A stretch of DNA of 62,621 nt, the filler included, from Choristocarpus tenellus KU-1152 (taxonomy: Eukaryota; Protista; Phaeophyceae): NCBI GenBank assembly GCA_964200185.2. It is 11 parts of 11 records of this genome, joined end to end, with 100 filler letters (N's around TTAATTAATTAA, not from the genome) between each part and the next. Parts side by side here need not be neighbours in the genome. Positions count along the whole stretch, not along the records: positions 1 to 3,421 come from CAXNAD020020148.1; positions 3,522 to 13,826 come from CAXNAD020003002.1; 9 more parts are not named here. One strand, written 5' to 3'. This document shows positions 1-9,823 of the stretch, in pieces (position 1 is the stretch's first letter; each line of letters begins with the position of its first letter). Both the position numbers and the translations under genes were made by a program. The notes beneath the pieces were generated by a model. It searched no databases. It was not told where the DNA came from and saw nothing but the letters and a program-made list of their open reading frames with translations.

Positions 1-97
1 ATGCGTCGGATGGATAATGCAAATGCACTTTTCCCGATTTTGGTCCAAATGGACACCCTCGTGTAGACCCCCCCCACCCCCCCAGATACTTTGGGTC
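1..97 (-). mobile_element. MITE family A, partial copy (reverse orientation)
   Basis: Reverse complement of the first half of 159..336; ends in the TIR CCCCCAGATACTTTGGGTC. Confidence 0.8.
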
Positions 98-158
98 AAT
101 TCCTTCTGAGTGTCGCAAAAAAATATCAACCAATTTCATCCAAACTAATGATGATACA

Positions 159-336
159 GACCAAAAGTATCTGGGAGGGGAAGGGGTCTACACCAGGGTG
201 TCCATTTGGGACAAAATCAGAAAAAGTGCACTTTCATTATCCATCCAACGTATGCAACCGAATCACCAAAAAATCGCGACATGGAAAAATTGACCCCTAA
301 TGGACAGCCGCCACCGCCCCCCAGATACTTTGAGCC
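159..336 (+). mobile_element. MITE family A, full copy (~180 bp)
   Basis: TIRs GACCAAAAGTATCTGGG...CCCAGATACTTTGAGCC; 3-bp TSD ACA at 156-158 and 337-339; non-coding; many copies in the window. Confidence 0.85.
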
Positions 337-559
337 ACAAAACCAACAAAAAGGTTATGTTAAAAAAAAATGAAATTTGACCAATCAATCAACAAAACAA
401 ATTTTATGGTTTGACTCCAGCATACTACCAGAGACTTGAAACAATCATATGGAAGAAGACCATCGGTTTTCTTTACGTTCCTCCTATTTCATTCTAGTAG
501 TAGAACTTGCTTCCTTTACGACCTACCATTCGAGAAAGGCTTACCGACATACCATCATC

Positions 560-930
560 ATCGGTACCTAGAAAGGTATCCATAGGCCATAGTTCATCCC
601 CGTCAATCCAAAGATCCCAGGAGAGTTCAGTACATGCAACTTTGTCCTCCTTGGCAACACGGCATGCTTCCATGAAGTGTTTCAATCCATCCTCTACACA
701 CCTGCACAACCTGCTTGGATCTCCTGCAGGTAAACCCCACTATTTCCTTCAGCTAGCGGCATCTTGAAACCCTTGAGACCATCTTGGAGGTCATCTTGGA
801 GGCCTCACCACCACTTTTTTACCAGTCCTCCCATCTTCCCCTTCACTTTCTCAGCTACAAGTTCCCCAACCAAGCGCCAAGTTCTCGATCAGGCGACCAC
901 TGCCCACACGCGCCATGTCACAATACTCCA
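560..930 (-). mobile_element. Degenerate non-LTR retrotransposon (RTE-like LINE), 3' fragment
   Basis: Minus-strand translation with stops and frameshifts (GELVAEKVKGKMGGLVKKWW*GLQDDL...CVEDGLKHFMEA) resembles RTE ORF C-termini; similar at the DNA level to 2700-2960. Confidence 0.6.
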
Positions 931-1053
931 TTTCGTGTGCGCACGATACATTATGTATATACTACATGGTATTTATTAGCGGTTCGAAGTACGAAACAAA
1001 AATGACGCCAAAATCGTTGAGGAGTTTTTCATAACGTAGAGACAACAAAATTA

Positions 1054-1125
1054 TGGACACGCCGGGGATTGAACCCGGGGCCTCACGCTTGCGAAGCGTG
1101 CGATCTACCACTGATCTACGCGCCC
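1054..1125 (-). tRNA. tRNA-Ala, anticodon CGC
   Basis: GGGCGCGTAGATCAGTGGTAGATCGCACGCTTCGCAAGCGTGAGGCCCCGGGTTCAATCCCCGGCGTGTCCA folds as a cloverleaf: anticodon stem CACGC/GCGTG, loop TTCGCAA, G3:U70 Ala identity pair, T-arm GGTTCAATCC, TTTT terminator just downstream. Confidence 0.95.
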
Positions 1126-2599
1126 AATCTACCTTTCCATGACTCGAGACCATACTATATCGCTCTTCTTGTTCCAATATATCTCACGGTCCGTCCGAGA
1201 AGAGTGTCGTTACTTCGAGAGCAATATAGGGTTAGAGTTATTGAGGGTAGGCTACTCACGCCGAGCCTGAAGAACGGGGACTTTATCGGGCAGAGCTCCG
1301 CTCTACCGACCGAGATCGCAAGGAACACGAAATCAACGTTCAATAACGGAATCCATCAAAATTGAGTGAATTCAAAAGGCGTTGTGAACAAGGATGGCTG
1401 GCTGTGGACATTCTTATGCCAACACAGCCACTCAAGCGCAGTAGAAATTGACAAAGCGTATTCGCCATGTTATTGGAAACGTAATCTCTCATGCTGCCAT
1501 TTTCCGATTCAACAATGAGCCTTCAACTTGCTCACCAATATTGCTTCCGATGTGACGGATATGTAGTTTGACGGTCACGCTGTGCTTCTTGTGGAGATCC
1601 GTTGAAAATACTGGAACAACTCGATTTTCATGATGACGCTGGTGGTTGGTGTGGGAAACTTGTAGCCTGCCTGCGGTCTCAAATATGTGTGATACACTAC
1701 GCTCCTACAGTGCACCTAACTGCTCCATACTATGACGACAGTTATTAAATGTGCGATATTTTGCAATGCGTAGAATGTACTTGCAGCTACAACACAAACA
1801 CTACACCGTACTTGGAAACAAGCATCGTACTCTATGTGAGCGAGCGATTTGCAGACAGGGTGTGCTACAGGCGACATGATTCATTCATTTGACGTAAGTC
1901 ATATTCATTCATCCACTCATTCATTTGTTCGTTTTATTCACTCATTGATTCGTCTGTTCATCGATTCGTCCGTTAGCTCACCATAGTTCAATGCACAACG
2001 CAATTTTGCTCAAACGCATGCTTCGCAGGCGTTGTCGCGGGGGGGGAAGTAGCATACAACGTGCTCAGACCCGTGCTCAGAAAGGCAATACAACATGAAG
2101 AGGAGAAAGGATAGAATAATGTATAATCTATGGCAAGCACCAGGGATATAGATGTTCGCACGGTACCAAAGAGTGTACTGCTTCACCACAAAGAAGAACA
2201 TGAAGATGTAGAATGTGCTTCATTAAGTTACAGCGAAGAGTGAGTCCTATCCATGGGTGGGGGGTGTCCTACCCTTCATAATCATCCTAGCAAACAATTC
2301 GGTAAAGCACAAACTAACCCTAACCCTAGAATGATACTTCAACATCACTACATTCCAATACCACGATCCATCGTTAATCTACCGTTCTACACACATTATC
2401 TTGCTGCGTGCATAATTACTACTTCATGTATACAATAGCAACATTTAGTGTGTACAGTACTTCAAAGCATCTCCTTATGCGAACAATAGAATGTAGCAAT
2501 GCCAAAAGATGTAGATAGAACAGAGAAGCGACAAAAATAGGTAAATGCGAAAATGCGATTTTCTTGAAAGGGAGAAATGCAGCTAAAAAATACGAACAT

Positions 2600-3215
2600 C
2601 GTGAGAATGGATGGTTCCATACGCCACGACCAACCCAAACCTCCGCAGGCAGTATTCCGTGTGTTTGGTGGATGTGGCCAGTTCTGCGTGGCGAGCCATC
2701 TCTAGCTCAGCCTCTCTGGTGGTACGCCGGGCGTCCATGAAGTGTTCGGCTCCATCTTCTACATACCTGCACCATCATCGGTTTGGATCTTCTAATAGTA
2801 AGCCCCATTTTTCTTCAGGGATCTTGAGACTCTCGAGGTTATCTTCAAGGCACCACCAACCAGCTTTTCTCCAGTCCTCTCACCTTCTCCTTTGGTTTCT
2901 CAGCTGCAAGTTACCCGCACACCAAGGTCTTGTGCAAGCAAGCATTGCCCATGTGCACCACAAAGCTCGCGAGCAGCAGCCCTCGTTTGAAACCTGTCCT
3001 CTCAATGCTCTTGCACCCCGTTCTCACCAGTGCTTCCCTGTATGAGAGTGGGTGGCTCGTACGTTTCCGTTTACAGAACCTGATGCAGTGCTGGATACGA
3101 AGGCTGGTGTAGTGGACTTTCCTGGGTGTTCATGTCATGCAGTCGCACAGCAGAATCTTGAGCACTTTGACCTTTGTTCGAATCTTCAGCTCAAGTGATA
3201 CACCAACTGAACAAT
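2600..3215 (-). mobile_element. Degenerate RTE-like LINE, C-terminal part of the ORF
   Basis: Minus-strand LKIRTKVKVLKILLCDCMT*TP...HCIRFCKRKRTSHPLSYREALVRTGCKSIERT...LLLASFVVHM resembles the post-RT region of RTE elements; multiple stops. Confidence 0.7.
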
Positions 3216-3421
3216 CGTGTAGTTTCTTACTGCACTTCATGAACACCCCCTTGCCTGTTGGATCTGCTGGAGGAGCTGTTACAGGCGAATAGTGCGAGCG
3301 TTTCTTCTTGTATTTCAACGAAGTGCAAGCGTTTGTTACACGCGAATAGCGCGAAAATTTCCTTCTTATGTTTCAGGAAATACGAACATTTGTAACAGAC
3401 GTAGAGTGTGAGGATTGTTTC

Positions 3422-3521
3422 NNNNNNNNNNNNNNNNNNNNNNNNNNNNNNNNNNNNNNNNNNNNTTAATTAATTAANNNNNNNNNNNNNNNNNNNNNNN
3501 NNNNNNNNNNNNNNNNNNNNN
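3422..3521. other. Artificial contig-joining spacer (N44-TTAATTAATTAA-N44)
   Basis: The same 100-bp spacer recurs at 13827, 19350, 22281, 25452, 31689, 40424, 47530, 53962 and 59858; it has stops in all six frames. Confidence 0.97.
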
Positions 3522-3672
3522 CTTGTTCCGGACACACCTCTTCATGACTTACACATTTTACCTGCTTCGAAACATTTTGGAGTAGGAAAATGTCATTAAA
3601 AAACCCCATGGGAAGTCAAGCCCCAAATGGACAAACAGGGCAAAACTCATGCCCTCTAAGATACTTTCACTC
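3522..3672 (-). mobile_element. MITE family B, partial copy
   Basis: Reverse complement of the left half of 49939..50197; ends CCCTCTAAGATACTTTCACTC. Confidence 0.85.
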
Positions 3673-6072
3673 AGCTCTCGGACAACAATTATGCAGACTG
3701 GTTCGCTACAACGCGCGCATTTTTGGGGGCTAAGGGGGACATTGATGAGGCACTGGAGTATAGGAGGATACCCATCAGAGTTGGTGAAATCGAATTCATT
3801 AAGGGCGAAGATGTCAGTGAAGACGAAGTCACCAAGGCCAAGAAGGCAAATGACGTCCTGCTGAGGAGCACCAGCGGAATTTACCAGTGTATAGTCCGGA
3901 ATGCTGCCTCACCTTCAGGAACCTGGCAACAACTACGAGAACACTTCCTTATTTAATCAGATGATAGCCAGACTCCAAAGGAAGGTCATGACGGTCAAGA
4001 TGCCTAGGGGATCAGATCCCCAAATCACCTTCACTATGATGCTGGACTGGGTTGGCCAGATGGCGATGATGGGGCATGTGATGTCCGAGCAAGTCCTAGA
4101 AATCGCCATGCTGGATTGTTTGGATGAGGACTATCAGATAACCAAACACTATCTCCAGCACCATAACAAGGAGGAGCGTTCGAGGACTGCTATTCAACAA
4201 GCCGCTCGTTCGCGCTATTTCTCGCTCCAACGAGAAATAGGAGACCACGAAGAGCCTGGTGGCGCTCTAGCCGCGAGGAACACAAGAAGGGCTAGCCTAG
4301 GTGGCAGCCGAGGTACGACTGATCACTGTACATACCCTGGGATGAGAGGATCATCCCAGAAGACAGGAAAAGCACGCAGATTCCTATACTTATGAAGGAC
4401 TGTGTTACAGCTGCAGGAAGAATGGCCACCCGTTCGAGCTGTTTGCTCTCAGAGGAGGTCAGGACCACCAAAGTCGGTGGGAAGATCATATCGCCAGAGG
4501 GCGAATCCGTTAGAGTCGGCGGGAGTACTAGCTGGATAAGAGGAACCGGCTAAAACTGGAAGGAAGTTCGAGACCATGTTAGCCACTGTGGCTGATAATG
4601 GCAAGGTGAGATTGAATGATTTCGAAACGTGGAGTTTTGATTCGGGTGCTTCCAACAGTGTAACGAAAGACTTGCAGTACATGTATGACTTCGCCCCATG
4701 TCCACAAGACCACAACATGACCGTGGCTGGAACATCACTACTCATTATGGGGTATGGCAAGATTGATTTAAATTTCAATGTTGGCCGTGATGAGTGGGTG
4801 CATGTAATTCCGACGTCTGTTGCATATGTCCCGAAAGTGGCTTTCAATTTTCTCTCTTCACATTCTGCTAGTAGGGATAAGGAAGTGGATAGCAATATAG
4901 ATGTTGATGGGGTGGATGAGGCCAAGGACAGCCAATGTGAAAGGGAATTACTACGACTCAGCATTGGAAATGGTGAAGACAACATCCTTCCCCACCGCAC
5001 CAGATCAGGCAATCATCCTACTTCCGCCTAAGCTGCTGTTTTTAACATGCCCAATTTTTACTATTTGTTTGTCTGTTTCCATAGAGACTACCCTTGTGAT
5101 GTGCGAGTGATGATTCTATTTGAGTGTTAGCGGATGAATTCCCTCCAGAACCCAAGACTTTAAGAGCAGCACGTAGCTCTCCTGAATGTGATTTATGGGA
5201 TCGAGCTAGAGCAGAAGAGATGTCTGGTTTGTTGTTGAATAATGTTTGGGTGGAGGCCGTATTACCCCCTGGACGCAGGGCTATAGACACTAAATGGATT
5301 CACAAGCGTAAGACTAACAAATTTGGTGAGGTAGTTACATACAAGGCGCGATTGGTAGCAAACGTTTTTCGACAGATTGAGGGTTTAGATTATCAAGATA
5401 CCTTTGCATCTTTGAAAATGGTTTTAGCATTAGCTGCAGATAAGGATTGGGAATTTAAACATTGGGATGTGAAATAAGCATTTATACAAGCAGATATTAG
5501 CGAAGAGATTTTGTTCGTTTATGTGATGGATGTAATGTATGGTCTGGAAAGATTGTACGTTTGTTCAAGGTACTTTATGACACCAAACAGGCAAGCAAAG
5601 AGTTTAATAATCTGTTGGTGCCAGAAGTTTGTTTCTTTCTTCAAGTTTTCTGAGAAGTAGATTCTAAGGGTGTATAGTGTCTGCGCAGCAAGGGAGAGTG
5701 TTCGTAGATAGTGCTGCTGATACACGTAGGCACCACCGGTGAATTAGATAATAGGATGGAGAGCCAGTGACAGATGTATTATATGTACTGACTCATAGTG
5801 TTGATTGGTTTTAGATCATGTTCAAGATACACTTCCTATACTTAAGATAAGTAAATAAGTAATTCATAGTAAATTAGTGTGGACGGTTACAAACCCCACA
5901 CTATAGACTAAGGATGGTAATTAAGGCTAGAGTCTCACCCACGAGCTCAGTCAGCGGAATCGAGACCACAAAGGCCCTTGTAATACTAACATTGTTCGTC
6001 TACATCAAGCTGTTCTTTGTCCTTCATCAAAGCACCATAAAAACCGCGGGTCCAGTGTGGGATAGTTCAACA
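3673..6072 (+). mobile_element. Degenerate, internally deleted Ty1/copia LTR retrotransposon (gag, protease, partial RT, PPT, 3' LTR)
   Basis: Gag-like ORFs 3723-4395; zinc-knuckle remnant CYSCRKNGH near 4402; protease WSFDSGASNSVT near 4630; RT N-terminus KWIHKRKTNKFGEVVTYKARLVA...DYQDTFA...HWDVK*AFIQA at 5124-5500; PPT AAGGGAGAG followed by an LTR; no integrase core seen. Confidence 0.88.
5699..6072 (+). repeat. 3' LTR (LTR family A)
   Basis: Starts TGTT immediately after the PPT and ends AACA; related copies at 6195-6387 and 9460-9823. Confidence 0.75.
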
Positions 6073-6194
6073 TGTGTCCGGAACAAGGATATTGACACTT
6101 CCTAACAAACACGAGTCAAAATTACATCAAAGTCGCAACATTGAATTTTGGCCCCCAAATAGACGCGGCTCTACCCTCTAGGATACTTTGACTC
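6073..6194 (+). mobile_element. MITE family B, right half
   Basis: Matches 50075-50197; ends TACCCTCTAGGATACTTTGACTC. Confidence 0.85.
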
Positions 6195-6387
6195 ACTGTG
6201 GACGATTTGCAAACCCCACACTATAGGAATAGTTATTATAGTTCAGACTTGTCTCACCCACCTATTCAGTCAACGGAATTGAGACTACAAGCCCCTTGTA
6301 ATATTAGCATTGCACATCTACATCAAGCTATTCACCGTCCTTCATCAAAGCAACAAAGCCGCGGGTTCAGTGTGGAATGTTTTAACA
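6195..6387 (+). repeat. LTR family A, 3' half of a second copy
   Basis: Highly similar to 9631-9823; ends TTTTAACA. Confidence 0.75.
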
Positions 6388-7518
6388 CGCTACGTAGCGG
6401 ACCGATTGTTCCTGGGACGTTGTGCTGATCGACGAGGCTATTGTTGAGCAAGGTATTATGTACAAGATATCTGCCAGCAACCCCACCAAGGTCACCAACC
6501 TCCCCACGTTCGCTGAGAAGTAGGGAGAGGACTTCCTCGCTTTGGCAGTGAGAGCTCAAGCTAGCTTTGGAGTCTGTGACTGTGACCTCGGTCTTCATGG
6601 CACCGACATCATCTGTGGGGGATCAGTAGATTTCGAACACGGTTCAGGGGGAGAGATCGCCAGGGGAAATTGGTGGTATTAGCTTGCGTTCCATGGCGAT
6701 ATAATGGATTTTCCTAGTGTGTAGTTGGTGGAAGTACAAGACAAGGTCGGGCGAATGTGTTGTGGTATGTTTCGATCAAGTGTTGAGGCTCATAACCTAT
6801 TGAAACCTGAATTTAAATGCATCGTACATGTAAGCAAAATGCGTAGACTACTAGCAATGAGAAATCATGGTGTTGCAAAGCACCGATGAGTGATATGTGT
6901 AGTCTATTTTATGGATAGGTGTGCTTGTACTGCAAAGCACTGATGTATATATTATGTTGTAACTGAGGTCATTGATCTCTCAGTCAAGAATGATGCAATG
7001 TTAATTCAGTGTTCTTTCATGCGATACTCAACGAAAGAAGTCCATGCTCGATGGAGATGCTTGTTACCTTGGCTGGCAAAGGTCTCTGCAAATGGTTTCA
7101 ACTCTGATTATATTACATCCATGTGTGTGTTTTGTACACAGTTTGCAGAGTGAGTTTAGTGCAATTTGAGGGATCAATGGCAGTCACGAAATAAGTAATA
7201 ATCAACCATCAACGTACAATTGTCATCTTCTGCTAATCAGAAGAAAGAGTGAAAGAAAAAACAAACAAGAGAACAAGAGAACAAAATTGAGTCAATATAT
7301 GATGCAACTCAAGTGATGTATACTATACTATACTATTTGTGTGGAACGTAGAGCGACTGTTCTGTACTAAGNNNNNNNNNNTCTGATTGTAGTTGATGTG
7401 GTGATGGTGAACTAGTGAAAGTAGCGTCCAGAACGTAACAGACCAATCAAATTCAGTGTTGACTGGTGGAACTGTATCGTATGAAGGAACAAACAGACGA
7501 GTAGCCTATGTTATAACA
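6388..7518 (-). mobile_element. 5' end of a second copia-like element: 5' LTR (family C, 6798-7518), PBS and gag-start remnant
   Basis: On the minus strand TGTTATAACA...TTTCAATA is followed by PBS GGTTATGAGCC (6787-6797); the LTR matches 60682-61267 and 59958-60030. Confidence 0.75.
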
Positions 7519-8212
7519 CTGGGCAGTGGACGTGGAGTGGAGGTAGAGACTTCCAGCATGGAGTTCGTCGAGTTCTTCAAGTGGTGAAGGGAACGACCAT
7601 GCTCTGGTTGTGAGTGTGGGAAGGAGGACTGCTGGTAGAGAGGGTTGAGGAAAGGGCCGCGTATTCTGTTTAATGCCAAGTATGACTGCCCCGACCTCAA
7701 TCGGGCTAGAAGACTGGGGGGAGATGAGGTCAAGGTAAAAGATGTGTGAGATGCACAGGGATAGGTCACGAAGTGAGCGAATGTCGCCTGACTGTTCGAG
7801 CCAGGGAGAGGACAAGAAGACCTTCTGGAAGGGGGGCTAAGGAGGGATCGCATACGGTATCGACCACAACTCCTTCTCCCCCAACCGAATCTCGAGAGGT
7901 GGAAGACATCAGTTCGAGACTGGACAGGTTGGGAGGCTTCATCAGAAGCTCTTCGGTGACAGAGAACATTACCCCTTGTGACTGTCTTCCCTTGTGTTTA
8001 CTGTTATTTCAAATGGTTTTATTTGAGTTTGTCCCCTACATACCTACGGTAGTTAAGTGACAGCAGTGATGTTATATGCAGACTGACTTTTGATAGAAGA
8101 GCTATTAAAGCCAGGGAGATATTTATTGTTGTTTGTGTGTATGGTATGTCAGTTGTAAGGGATTAAACTAATTAGTGCTACTCTTTTCCAAGGATTAACT
8201 TTAGGCGTTGCA

Positions 8213-9260
8213 GTAGGGATATTTCGTGGATCGTGGGAGACGCAACATAGTATTGCTAAGGACCCTATTATTTCCAGGGTCGTGGGAGACGATGTTGAAA
8301 CATAGTACTGCTAAGGACCCCGCTATTTCCAGGGTCGTGGGAGACCCAACATGGTATTGCTAAGGACTCACCATTCCATGGATCGTGGGAGGCGCTACTT
8401 GGTATGGCTAAGGACCCACAGTAGAAAAGCACCCCAGAATTGTTACAGGCGATATGTCTTGATGGCGGTTTCATAAACACCATTACGACATTGAAGTTCT
8501 AGATTTGATATATATTGTACATCTTTATTTATTTATTATTTGGTCATTATGGTCTCCGATTGTGATAAGACATCGTTGATCAATTCCTTTCTTATACGAT
8601 GATATTGATGTTAATCCAAGTGAGAGATCCAGCATACTTGACTTGTGCATTAGGAGTCCTATACGTACATCAGTACCATCTATAGGCCCGTAGATTGGAG
8701 CTATACATCCTGTGGAGGTAAGCTTTCGGGGGCGCCTGTAACAGAATGTGTTCGTAGAGATTGTGATAGGATAGATAGGTGTAGGAGACACTACATGTAT
8801 TGCTAAGGACCCTGCCATTTCATGGATTATGGGAGGCGCAAAATGGTATTGCTAAGGACCTGCAGGAGAAGTATCCGATAATGCGTTCACTGGAGACTAC
8901 AATAGGATGATAGATATCAGGTAGCATCTGTGTTCCAGTGACCCGCAGTAGTGATGTACTAGGGAGGTTTTGTTGATTGTAGGAGACACTACATGTATTG
9001 CTGAGGACCCTGCCATTTCGTGGATTATAAGAGACGCAGCATGGTATTGCTAAGGACCTGCAGGAGAAAGTACCCGAGAATGTTTCCACATGAGACTGCA
9101 ATAGGACAGATGGGTGACTGATTTTTTATGACCCCAGACCAGTATTGATGGAGACTACTGTTTTGCTATCTATCGCATGGAATGATGTACTAGGGAGGAT
9201 TTTGTTGATTGTAGGAGATACAACATGGTATTGTCAAGGACCTACAGGAGAATGAACCCA
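8213..9260. repeat. Degenerate ~48-bp tandem repeat with a ~200-bp higher-order unit
   Basis: The core GGTATTGCTAAGGACC recurs about 9 times; blocks near 8780, 8980 and 9210 resemble each other. Confidence 0.8.
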
Positions 9261-9384
9261 AGAATGTTTACACAGAGACTGCAATAGAACGGTAGTAGAT
9301 TGATGACTACTTTTTTTGTACCTACACAGACCCAACGCCAACATTGATGTTGGAGTATATTTGTGGCGTTGTTTTTGAGAGAGC

Positions 9385-9823
9385 TAGCAGAAGTTTGTTT
9401 TTCTCTAGTTTCAGTGAAGTAGATTATTAGGGTGCATAGTGTCTGCACAGCAAGGGAGAGTTAGTGCTGCTGATACACTGTTGACAGCACTGGTGGATTA
9501 TGTAATAGGATGGGGAGCCAGTGACATATATCGTATGTCCTGACTCATCGTAGTGTCCATTATTTGAGTGTTATGTTCAAGATACACTTACCATACTTAA
9601 GACAAGTAAATAAGTGATTCATAGTAAATTAGTGTGGACGATTGCAAACCCCACAATATAGGAATAGTTATGATAGTTCAGGCTTGTCTCACCCACCTAT
9701 TCAGTCAACGGAATTGAGACCACAAGCCCCTTGTAATATTAGCGTTGCACATCTACATCAAGCTATTCACCATCCTTCATCAAAGAACCAAAGCCGCGGG
9801 TCCAGCGTGGAATATTTTAATAT
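9385..9823 (+). mobile_element. 3' end of another copia copy: subterminal region, PPT and LTR family A
   Basis: Direct repeat of 5620-6072 including CAGCAAGGGAGAG. Confidence 0.75.

Noticed and set aside
8213-9260. Repeat-spacer array as a CRISPR candidate
   Set aside because: The intervening segments are homologous to each other and the repeats are degenerate; it is a tandem repeat.
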